Source of the DNA: a virus
Lineage: Duplodnaviria > Caudoviricetes
Virus record (IMG/VR): IMGVR_UViG_3300031629_000011
Span: 1-42,579 of that record
Reading direction: 5' to 3' (one strand)
Length of the DNA stretch: 42,579 bases
Position 1 is the first letter of the stretch. Each line of letters begins with the position of its first letter. A model generated the notes under the pieces. It searched no databases and was not told the DNA's origin. It saw only the letters and a list, made by a program, of their open reading frames with translations. Below, in pieces: positions 18,452-27,199 of this stretch. The position numbers and the translations under genes are program-made.

Positions 18452-20310
18452 ATCAGCATCCACCCCTTGGTCGCGTCTACATAGATAAGGCTGGCGTTTG
18501 CATTGTTAGTTGATACCACCATATCCTGCGCGAGCCCCATAATATTCTTGGCGTTGCGGCCAACTGTTAAATTGTTAGTGGCGAAGGTTCCGTCGTAATC
18601 GATCCAGCCAACCTTATCCCCTACCACGGGACTGGCTGGAAGAGTCAGCACTCTTGCCGCAGCCGTGGTACTCATAGGAACTAGATCGCCTACTACGGCG
18701 GTATATGCGGCAGTTTTTATTGGCGTTAGGATCAGAACTGTAGCTGCGGAACTATAGCTGGGCCGATACGCATAGACAGAAAGGTGGGTCGCGTCTTCGG
18801 CGTAGACAATAGGCTGAGAGATAGAAGGCTCAGTGGCTGTTAGCCCACCCGCTGTGGCAGCACTCAGGTAGTACCACTCATCTACAGTCAGCCCGTGGGT
18901 AATGGCGTACCGGCCAGCAATGGCGTAGGTAAAATTATCAACGTCTGCGACAGCCACTACAACACCCAAGGCAGTCGTGTTTACATCATTGGCCTGCGCC
19001 TTTGCCCAAACCGTTCCATTCCATCTGACGCAATCAAGGACAGTAAGTCCATGAGATGCCTGTGTTATAGCCGCTTCGGTAGCACCGCTCCCTGAGCTTG
19101 TGAAGTACTCGAGAGCGGTGGCACCAGCGTTGACACGAACGCTCTTCAGAGCATTCCCGACCTTGGTGCTGGGGGTGTCATTCAATGAGTCGAATCGATC
19201 GACAGTGGCGGCCGACACCATGCGGGGGTAGAACCCCTGCATCATCAGCTCATGGCCGGTCTGTGATGGATGTAAGCCGTCCCCAGTAGCCGGCGTGGTG
19301 AAGCTCCATATCTCTGACAGGCCGACGGCGGCGGCCGCAGCGCGTATCGTTGTGTTTACTAGGTCAGTGCCCTGATCCCATGTTGAGTCAGAGAACATCT
19401 TGGTGAATTCAGAATAGGCAGCTTCCGCTATTATCACCCGGTAGCCCGATGCGATCAGTGCCGTGTATAGCGCCTCACAGTCCGTTTGAAGCTGTGCAGG
19501 GGTGAGGTCTGCGGTAGTGCCACCCGGGGCAAGCCCTGCCCCCAGATCGATCCCCCCTACGTCATTGCCCCCCAGTACGACAAGTGCGATGCTGCCCAGT
19601 ACGACAGGCAGGTCGCTGGGTAGGACATACCCAGTGCCGGGTCTCCCATAACTGGTGGCAGGCACCGCATCAATCTCACCATTGAGTGCGAATGAATTCC
19701 ACAGGAGGTATGCCCAGCTCGCGTCCGTGCTCGTCTGCTGGCCCGCCACATTCACCATGCTCAGTGAGAACACGCCCACCTGATTGCGGATAACCATGGT
19801 TGTTATGGCGCCCGCAACGACGGTGCAATTTACCCGGAGGTATGATTCGTTCACGCCGCGGATGGTGAGCACGAAGCTTCGCGCCCATCCAGTGTCAGTC
19901 GTGGAGTTGGATATGGCTGTAACCAGACCTGCACCGTCAGAGGTCAGTCCGTATTTAATAACCCCGCCGCCGCTGGGTGAGGTGAGGGAGTCCCCGATGA
20001 TGAGAAATTCACCGGACAAAAGCCCGTCATAGGAGAATGGGTTGTGACCCATGTATGTGACCTTACCCCGGACATCGATGCCGCCATTGTTGGCCACATT
20101 GGACCCAGTGTCGGGCCCTACAATCAGGGTACCGCTGGGAACCCACTCGGTGCCATCCCAGACGAGGGGCTCCCCGGTGGCCGCAGCACTGCTATTAACG
20201 TCAGTATGGTAATCTAAATCGTGGGGGTGCGCGTTGGGATCTACCTTGTGTTCCTTCAGTAGATCGCGGGCGCCAGATGTGGAATCCCCCGTGACATTAG
20301 TGACTGTCAT
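18448..20310 (-). CDS. tail fibre/spike with SGNH/GDSL esterase domain
   Basis: IGDSLT (block I), LGGNDV (block III), DGLHPSQTGH (block V), flanked by fibre motifs (HKVDPNAHPH, LVWDGTEW, LTLPASPVVGD...LTVGRN). Confidence 0.82.
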   Translation of the reverse strand: MTVTNVTGDSTSGARDLLKEHKVDPNAHPHDLDYHTDVNSSAAATGEPLVWDGTEWVPSGTLIVGPDTGSNVANNGGIDVRGKVTYMGHNPFSYDGLLSGEFLIIGDSLTSPSGGGVIKYGLTSDGAGLVTAISNSTTDTGWARSFVLTIRGVNESYLRVNCTVVAGAITTMVIRNQVGVFSLSMVNVAGQQTSTDASWAYLLWNSFALNGEIDAVPATSYGRPGTGYVLPSDLPVVLGSIALVVLGGNDVGGIDLGAGLAPGGTTADLTPAQLQTDCEALYTALIASGYRVIIAEAAYSEFTKMFSDSTWDQGTDLVNTTIRAAAAAVGLSEIWSFTTPATGDGLHPSQTGHELMMQGFYPRMVSAATVDRFDSLNDTPSTKVGNALKSVRVNAGATALEYFTSSGSGATEAAITQASHGLTVLDCVRWNGTVWAKAQANDVNTTALGVVVAVADVDNFTYAIAGRYAITHGLTVDEWYYLSAATAGGLTATEPSISQPIVYAEDATHLSVYAYRPSYSSAATVLILTPIKTAAYTAVVGDLVPMSTTAAARVLTLPASPVVGDKVGWIDYDGTFATNNLTVGRNAKNIMGLAQDMVVSTNNANASLIYVDATKGWMLI

Positions 20311-20636
20311 CTACTGAAGTCCTGCTGCTGCTGGTGCTCAATGTACAGGTTGGGGGCCGTAGACCCGGTTAACTCCACATAGACAATGGTCTCGTCGGGT
20401 AGCTCTAGACGCAGCGTGCGGTCCTGCATGACCAAAAAGTCCGCAGCGGTGACCTCCCGAATGGTATGCCGGGAGCCGTTGAGTGTGGCCTTCTGGATTA
20501 ACAGAGTGCCTCCACCAAAGTCCTTAGCTGTCACCTCACCGATGGTGATCTGACTGAAACGACCGTGGTGCTGAAACTCATTAGGCAACACGCCGTCGGC
20601 CGTAAAGGTGTGGTACTCAATAATATTCAACGGCAT
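20307..20636 (-). CDS. hypothetical virion-associated protein, 109 aa
   Basis: RBS GAGGTGG; ATGA overlap with the SGNH fibre gene. Confidence 0.7.
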   Translation of the reverse strand: MPLNIIEYHTFTADGVLPNEFQHHGRFSQITIGEVTAKDFGGGTLLIQKATLNGSRHTIREVTAADFLVMQDRTLRLELPDETIVYVELTGSTAPNLYIEHQQQQDFSR

Positions 20637-20661
20637 GCGCCACCTCTAAATTTGAACCCCA

Positions 20662-20667
20662 ATTATA
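20662..20667 (-). promoter_or_regulatory. perfect TATAAT -10 hexamer upstream of the tail-fibre/lysis block
   Basis: attata on + strand in a 71-bp intergenic gap; no good -35 at 17 bp. Confidence 0.35.
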
Positions 20668-20707
20668 CACACGAGCTGGGGAATGACTCGCGAAGAGGGC
20701 AACCAAT

Positions 20708-23700
20708 TTACCCCGTGTTCGACATACATTCCCTTAATCTTTCCACCATATCACGGCGCTTGCCTATCTGTCGTTGGAACAACACCGTGGTATCAGGGTT
20801 ATCACCATGCACCGCTGCGATGTCAGCGGCACCACCGTGTTTAATGTCCACGGGTTGGAAGATGTTAATGTCAGTTCCCGGATCGCTCGGAGATATCGGC
20901 TGCCCGCGCAGAGACATGCCGTCGGTCAGCCCCATTGTGGGATTGTCGTGAGGAACGTCTTTGTTATATACGACAACGGGAACTGACGTCACCCCCGACT
21001 TTGCAAGGGCTGCCATTCGATGACGACCCTCGTGACCAGTGATCTGAAGCTCGCCGTCTATTTCCTCAACGCGCAACTCTGGCGTGTGGGTCTCACCTCT
21101 CAGCCTGTCGATGTCGAGGTCACCTGCATCATCCTGAATTTCAGAAACCTGCCCGGGTCGGGCTGTGGCCTTCACGAAATCTAACGGACTGACTCTGACA
21201 ATCGAAGCAACAACCCTGTCGCTCACGTACCCCCACTCGTTGATGAGGTGTTTGATTCGAGCGTCCGTGTAGCCGGCCAAGTCCCCAGCGCCCATTTCAG
21301 CGATCACCTCCTCGACGGGCCGGGCCGGTGCTCGGGTGTCGTACTCAGCTAAAATTTCATTAATCAAGTCAATCTCACTCTGCGCCAACAGGTCTGCACT
21401 ACCCACATCGTCTTCGTTGAACGCTGCGTTGACTGATCGGATGTTGCTGGGGTCGAAGACTATGACCTGTCTCACCCCTGCCAGCTCAGGGTTGAGAATC
21501 CCCTCGTCAGATGTGGTGGAGAACCCTTGATACCCTTCCGCCTTTAGAGACTCAACTTCGTCCAGTAAATCCTGATACTCCTTATCTTGTTCGGCGCTTT
21601 GCTCACCACCCCGGAGCCTTTTGCCAAGAATGTTTGCATGCAGAGGTCCAACATCTTTTAGTTTCAATGTCTTCGTATAGACTGGTATAACTTGAGGAGA
21701 GTCGTACTCCGTATTTATGTCGGAAGCACTCTCCTCAGCATAGGAATCAAGATCATCTATAGCCCTCCCTTTAGATGAGTTAACGCCGTCACCCTCCTTG
21801 AGTGATATGGTTCCTTCTTTGGCGTCATATTCCCCTTCATAATCCACATCTACGTTAGTTGCGACATCTATGGTGCCGTCTTCATTAACAATAACAACGC
21901 CTTCATCAGTAGCCCAAACCTCACCTATCGAGCTAATGTCATCTATTACACCAACATAGGGGACAAGTCGCCCTTCGTATTGATCTTTCGTGAGCTCAAT
22001 GCCGCGATGCTTCCCTCGGATCTTGTCCGCTATCCGCTCACCCACCATGGCTCCAACATTGCTATAAGCAGATGCCTCCCCAGCATGCTCGGTAAGGAAC
22101 GTCACTCCCTCAAAGCCATCGAATGTTTGGTCGGTACCGTGATACATCACTGTCTCAGTATCATACCCCTGCGCCTTAGCACGCTTCATACGGGCCTCTA
22201 CGGTCATTCCCTCAGCGCCGTATGTTGCAATGCCTTTGTTCCAAGCGGTCGCCTCAGTGGCATCCTCGCCCTCGTAGCCGTCCTTCTTGGCTTGAGCTAG
22301 TGTGTTCACAGTCTCGTCCCTAGACTTAGTTCCAATGCTTACTATGACGTTTGCGGATTGCACCATCACACCATCTTTGTTTATCTGCGGGGTTCTAACT
22401 CTGGTGATCACCTCTTCATCTTCGTACATACTCTCGTCTTCAACGAATTCAGCAGAGACCATCATGCCCTCGTTATACTTTACTCCCAGCATGTTTGATA
22501 TCTCGTAGCCCTCCTCCTCCAGTGCCGCTATAGCTGCCTCAGCTTCCGCAGCGAGGGTGGTGTCCTCCTGCATTTTAGCGGTGTGCGCCATAGCATGAGC
22601 CGCGCTCAGTTTATCAACGGGAGTCTTAGCTGCCGCGAGGTTGGTCTGCGCCTTGGCAACTCGCTTCTTATTGGAGACCTCTCGTTGCTGCTGCTTCTTA
22701 GCTGTCACAGCGGCATCTCTGCGCTCATCCAGCCATGCTTGGGCAGCATCGGCAACGTCATCGCCTAAGTTAATCCGCAGGTTGTTAACGAGGTCTTCGT
22801 TGTCATGGCCTTGTATGGGCAGGGCTTCAAGCCTGTCCATCAACCCTTCGACTTGCGTCAGGTCAGCGGCCGGCGGCTTAACGTCCTGATCCTGCTCAAT
22901 CACCTGAGCGTCAGCCAGACCCGGAGCGTCCTGTCCGACGATGTTGGTGTTGATGTATTCGTAGGCTTCATTGGGTGTCATGTTGTGATCAACGACCATT
23001 GTATTAATTCGGGCCACCCACAATGCGGTGTTCTTGCTCGCCTCAGCCCGCGTCATGCGGCCTGTGTTGATGAGCTGCTCCACAATGGTGTCAGACAGGT
23101 CCGCTATCTCTTGATGGGCCTCAGCGGCTACCTGAGCCCTCTCAATCAGCCTACGGGTCGTCATGTCACCACCATTCTCAATATCGGTGGCACTGAGCTG
23201 ATCGGCGCCCATGCGGATATGTGGTCGCAGTGCGGCCAGAAGCTCCTCGTTGGCGGTGACCTCAGTCATGAATATATCCATGGGGATCTCAATGTCGGCA
23301 CCCAGCCCGTCGATCTGATCCAGAAACGACTGGGGGATTTCCACATCTTCAATCATGCTGCTCAGAATATCGGAGGGCAGATACACGTTCTGCTCAGAAC
23401 CCGCCCCTGCCAAAAATTCTTTGTAAACATCCTGTGCTCGCCCGCTGAGTTTGGATTCCTGAGACAACTTGATAATCTCGTCCAGCTCCTCCTGCCCCTG
23501 CTTGCTGGCGTCCATTTTAATCTTGTCGGCACTGGCCTGCTTCTCAACCGGACCACTCGCAATGCGTCCGATGGTGTGCATCACCGTGGTCTGCGCAACT
23601 GTACCAACGCTGCTGGCCAGCAAAGTATGTAACCCAGCGTCCACACGCTCATCTAAGAACGACTGGAAAGGCTTCTCGGAGTTTTCAGGGAGCATGGACC

Positions 23701-24673
23701 AGTCGGTGAGATCCTGCAGTAGGGTGGCTACTTGCTCACCGGGGAGCTCCACCCACTGTCGCTTCAGTGTTTCGTACAGGGTCTTCTTTCCCACGTCGTT
23801 CATGACGCGGCCGAACGGGATCTTCTCAGTGATCCACTCAATCCCGCCCTGAATGTTGGCGTAGTTCTGGGCGTCCGTAGGCGACATTCCCTGCTTGCGA
23901 GCCCTGACGTATGACATACCCTGCTGCTGTGCAACCATGACTGGCAGAGCTGCAGGACCAAGTACTGTAGCGAGCGCGACCATATTGACGGCACTCTTCA
24001 ACCCGCCCATACCACTGTTGACCCATTCATTCTCAAACTGCGGCATGGCCTCTTCGGACTGGGCCATTGATGACTGGGCCATTTGACCAAAAAACTTGGA
24101 ACCACCCACTACGACATCAGCGGTGGTCTCCGGGAAATACTTCGCTGCAAGGAACCCTTTAACACTGGTGGGGTCAGCCAACTTCTCAACGGCCTGCTGC
24201 CCTACACTGAACAACATCGTGTTCATGTCCAGCGCGAGGCTCTTGAAGAACCCAGCGGTGCCCTCACCAAAACTGCGGTCCTTACCCATTAACTCCTCGG
24301 TACGCCTGAGGTTTTCGAGGTCGTCCTGCATCAGGACGGCCTTCTCAGGTATGCCCATCATCTTGTTCAGTGTGGGCCCGAACGTCTCAGGTTTGGAATC
24401 CTTCACACGCTGCTGGCGCTGTACTTCCTCGAGGTTGGTGTCGACGAGGCCCACTGGAATATCAGATTTGTTGGCGGCATTGAACACCGTGGCGGCACGG
24501 TCTGGATCCTGACGACTCACATCCTCGATCACCTGCGCCGGGGTGGGGGCTGCTTGCTGAGACGGGGCGTCGGCGAACATGTTCGCGTCACCCAGCTCTA
24601 TGGCAAACTTATCCTCTTCAGGAACGCCCTGCTGAGACGGGGCGTCGGCGAACATATTCTCCACAGTGCTCAT
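20708..24673 (-). CDS. large polyvalent internal-virion (ejection) protein, 1321 aa, with GrpE-like, ART-like and ParB/Srx modules
   Basis: Third gene of the ejection cluster; LEEEGYEI...LGVKYNEGM...PQINKDGVMVQSANVIVS; MYHGT...FLT...ASAYS...IPVY...VFDPSNIRS; GHEGRHRMAAL...SVPVVV. Confidence 0.8.
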   Translation of the reverse strand: MSTVENMFADAPSQQGVPEEDKFAIELGDANMFADAPSQQAAPTPAQVIEDVSRQDPDRAATVFNAANKSDIPVGLVDTNLEEVQRQQRVKDSKPETFGPTLNKMMGIPEKAVLMQDDLENLRRTEELMGKDRSFGEGTAGFFKSLALDMNTMLFSVGQQAVEKLADPTSVKGFLAAKYFPETTADVVVGGSKFFGQMAQSSMAQSEEAMPQFENEWVNSGMGGLKSAVNMVALATVLGPAALPVMVAQQQGMSYVRARKQGMSPTDAQNYANIQGGIEWITEKIPFGRVMNDVGKKTLYETLKRQWVELPGEQVATLLQDLTDWSMLPENSEKPFQSFLDERVDAGLHTLLASSVGTVAQTTVMHTIGRIASGPVEKQASADKIKMDASKQGQEELDEIIKLSQESKLSGRAQDVYKEFLAGAGSEQNVYLPSDILSSMIEDVEIPQSFLDQIDGLGADIEIPMDIFMTEVTANEELLAALRPHIRMGADQLSATDIENGGDMTTRRLIERAQVAAEAHQEIADLSDTIVEQLINTGRMTRAEASKNTALWVARINTMVVDHNMTPNEAYEYINTNIVGQDAPGLADAQVIEQDQDVKPPAADLTQVEGLMDRLEALPIQGHDNEDLVNNLRINLGDDVADAAQAWLDERRDAAVTAKKQQQREVSNKKRVAKAQTNLAAAKTPVDKLSAAHAMAHTAKMQEDTTLAAEAEAAIAALEEEGYEISNMLGVKYNEGMMVSAEFVEDESMYEDEEVITRVRTPQINKDGVMVQSANVIVSIGTKSRDETVNTLAQAKKDGYEGEDATEATAWNKGIATYGAEGMTVEARMKRAKAQGYDTETVMYHGTDQTFDGFEGVTFLTEHAGEASAYSNVGAMVGERIADKIRGKHRGIELTKDQYEGRLVPYVGVIDDISSIGEVWATDEGVVIVNEDGTIDVATNVDVDYEGEYDAKEGTISLKEGDGVNSSKGRAIDDLDSYAEESASDINTEYDSPQVIPVYTKTLKLKDVGPLHANILGKRLRGGEQSAEQDKEYQDLLDEVESLKAEGYQGFSTTSDEGILNPELAGVRQVIVFDPSNIRSVNAAFNEDDVGSADLLAQSEIDLINEILAEYDTRAPARPVEEVIAEMGAGDLAGYTDARIKHLINEWGYVSDRVVASIVRVSPLDFVKATARPGQVSEIQDDAGDLDIDRLRGETHTPELRVEEIDGELQITGHEGRHRMAALAKSGVTSVPVVVYNKDVPHDNPTMGLTDGMSLRGQPISPSDPGTDINIFQPVDIKHGGAADIAAVHGDNPDTTVLFQRQIGKRRDMVERLRECMSNTG

Positions 24674-26412
24674 TCAAACATCACCTTGTTGCGCTGGTTC
24701 TCATAGACATTGATAATCTCCTGAGACGTCAGGGGCACTTTGCTCACGCTGAACTGCAGCTTGGAAGCCTTATCCACAGCTTCCCATAGTGACTTGCTCT
24801 GAGGGCTCTGCAGACTCTTGTATCCAAGTATAGTTTTCTGGTTGTCAAACTCGCGGGCCATGGTGAACTGGTTAGCCCCCCTACCCACCACCGCCTGAGC
24901 GTTCAAAAATGCGTCCTCATTGTCCTCACGCATCTCAACCTCACGAAGCGCGGCGTGCTGCGCCATCGAGTCGTCGTCGGTTGACCCGTATGTGGGATCC
25001 TGTGTGGTGTCCCAAATTCTTCCTACATCGGTCACCAACTCTTGGGTGTATACATCGACCTCATTCTGAACCTCTGCGCGGGTGGGCTCACGTTCCATGG
25101 AGTCCCTGAACTGGTCCTGCCAATCGGCCATCTTGACCTTCACAGCGTTGCGTTTGTCGAGGGTCTTCGATCCACCACCAATGGCGCTATCGACCATGAT
25201 GGCGTACTTCACCTCTTCAGGTGCCTTGCCGTCGGCAGCAGCGGTGCGGTATTTATCACGAGTGGACCCAGTCAGCTGATCACCATACCCATTGAGCAGG
25301 TTGTCGAGCTGACGCCATTCTTTGTTCTCAGCCAGCCGGGACGCCTCGGCGTGTACGCCGGCATTGTTAACGGTGCGCTTGACGCCTGTTGTCTGAGCGA
25401 TAGAGGTGGCCTCCACACTATTACGCTGGGAGGGTGTCAGGTGCTGATACTCGGGGGTGCCCCGAAGCTCAAACACGGTAGCAGCATCCCGGGCCATTTT
25501 ATCCAGCGCATCATATGCGTTGGTTGCCTTCTCAGTGTCGGCAGTCTTCTTCGCAGCCAGTTCGGAACGGTAGATGCTCTCAGCCTGTTTGCGAACCTTA
25601 GGGTCCTTAATATTATCGATGGCGATGCCAATGGACTCAGCGGTTGCATCAGGTTTGCCCATCTCAGTGTCAACAACTGTCACGGCGCTGTTGTATACGG
25701 TCTCGGTCTCAGCCTTCTCCGTGTAAAGCAGTATCTGGTCCGGGTTCAACATCCCAGAAATATTAGGGTCATTCAGTGCGGCGGTCACGTCGTCAGCATC
25801 CATACGGCTGAGACGATCGCCCGTTATCTGCTCCTTGAACTCGCGACCCATCTTCTCCTGCTCTACAGCGGTAATATCGCCCCGGGCGTAACCGCTCTCG
25901 AGACGGCGCTCATATTGGGCGACCAACTCACCGGGGGTTTCCGATGTGAGAGCAGCCTTGCGCAGGTCAGCGGTCTGGTCGTTGATACCAGCACGGTTGG
26001 CGTCACGCTGCTTGATGTCGGCATCGCCACGCAGGCCGGTGCGGAGTTTGGCCGCGTCAACAGTTTGAGCAGCCATCCAACGCTTTCGGTCTTTCTCGTT
26101 GGCGATACCTTCACCAATTTTCCCAATAGCGTCGTCGTATTCCTTACCGCCACGGGTCTCAGATGTGCCGAAATCAGGGTCATCCTTATATCTACCCCTG
26201 ATGTCCTCAGTTGCGATAGCTGTGGCGATGTCGGCCTCATCGAGGACAGCCTGTCGATCCACCATCTCAACGTCTTTGAGGTCGCGGGCCACCCCTGACA
26301 GGTCCTCACCAAACGACTGCAGGCCGCTGTCCACAACCTGCATGTTGACAATACCCTGTTGACCAGAGAACTGCTGCGTGTCAATCCGTGTCGCGCTCGG
26401 TATCTTAGGCAT
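24670..26412 (-). CDS. internal virion (ejection) protein, T7 gp15-like position
   Basis: MPKIP start, highly helical Ala/charged composition, synteny after nozzle/GNAT/small ejection gene. Confidence 0.72.
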   Translation of the reverse strand: MPKIPSATRIDTQQFSGQQGIVNMQVVDSGLQSFGEDLSGVARDLKDVEMVDRQAVLDEADIATAIATEDIRGRYKDDPDFGTSETRGGKEYDDAIGKIGEGIANEKDRKRWMAAQTVDAAKLRTGLRGDADIKQRDANRAGINDQTADLRKAALTSETPGELVAQYERRLESGYARGDITAVEQEKMGREFKEQITGDRLSRMDADDVTAALNDPNISGMLNPDQILLYTEKAETETVYNSAVTVVDTEMGKPDATAESIGIAIDNIKDPKVRKQAESIYRSELAAKKTADTEKATNAYDALDKMARDAATVFELRGTPEYQHLTPSQRNSVEATSIAQTTGVKRTVNNAGVHAEASRLAENKEWRQLDNLLNGYGDQLTGSTRDKYRTAAADGKAPEEVKYAIMVDSAIGGGSKTLDKRNAVKVKMADWQDQFRDSMEREPTRAEVQNEVDVYTQELVTDVGRIWDTTQDPTYGSTDDDSMAQHAALREVEMREDNEDAFLNAQAVVGRGANQFTMAREFDNQKTILGYKSLQSPQSKSLWEAVDKASKLQFSVSKVPLTSQEIINVYENQRNKVMFE

Positions 26413-26858
26413 TATGTGCCGCTCATTTTATATGCATTGCTGGCGCCGCCGATCGCAGTGCCGGCGGCCTTAATGTAGCTGGACTCCTTTTTGTTCTTGC
26501 CTGCCAACTTATCCATCTGGGCCTGTAGCATCTGTGTCTGAGAACGCTGGTCGCCTTTGTATATCGACACCAGAGCGTTGTACTCGGACACCTCCTTAAT
26601 CTTCGACAGCGTCTTAATGGCCCCCACATCGTCCGTGACGCCCCCTGAGGCCACCATGGCGGCTGATGCATCAGATGCAGTACGATCGCCCTGACGTCTA
26701 GCCTCAATGGCCCCACGGGCGCCCTCCGCCTTCGATGCCTTGGCATTGCGGATCTGTTGTCTGGCTGAGAATTTGCCAGCCGCCTCTGCGTCTGCACCCT
26801 CTTTCATCTGACCAAGGGCTGTTATCGCCACGGCCGCTACGGCTGCTACCATTGCCAT
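26412..26858 (-). CDS. small internal virion protein, T7 gp14-like position
   Basis: Hydrophobic Ala-rich N-terminus, AAMVASGG, Gly/Ala-rich C-terminus; synteny. Confidence 0.75.
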   Translation of the reverse strand: MAMVAAVAAVAITALGQMKEGADAEAAGKFSARQQIRNAKASKAEGARGAIEARRQGDRTASDASAAMVASGGVTDDVGAIKTLSKIKEVSEYNALVSIYKGDQRSQTQMLQAQMDKLAGKNKKESSYIKAAGTAIGGASNAYKMSGT

Positions 26859-27199
26859 TCGTAAACCTCCCCGCTGCTATTACTCGTAATGTGTTTGAAT
26901 CCCACATGCTCAAGAAATCCCGGAGCTGTGGGCTCATCCGGTTCTGCAATAGCGTAGACCGGAACGTCCGACTTCGCCACCACCTCGGTCACCATGCGCG
27001 CCAGCTTAACAATTGTACGCGGAGATTTCTTCAACGCGGACTTAATGTTACCGAAACACATTCGCGGGTTGCTGTAGTGGATGCCCGCAACGCCTAGCAA
27101 CTCACCATCATCTTCGACCGCCATTGCCCAGATATTAGCCGGGAATGTGCCTCCACACATCTCAATGATGTCATCGCGGGTGGCGGGTCGGATGATCAT
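26846..27199 (-). CDS. GNAT-fold protein (T7 gp13-like position)
   Basis: IIRPATRDDI, DGELLGVAG, FLEHVGF; follows the nozzle gene. Confidence 0.7.
   Translation of the reverse strand: MIIRPATRDDIIEMCGGTFPANIWAMAVEDDGELLGVAGIHYSNPRMCFGNIKSALKKSPRTIVKLARMVTEVVAKSDVPVYAIAEPDEPTAPGFLEHVGFKHITSNSSGEVYEWQW

Noticed and set aside
17235-18488. 417-aa + strand ORF
   Set aside because: Antisense shadow of the stop-free decapeptide repeat; the - strand gene is coupled to its neighbours.
25042-26298. 418-aa + strand ORF
   Set aside because: Antisense shadow of an internal virion gene within a - strand operon.
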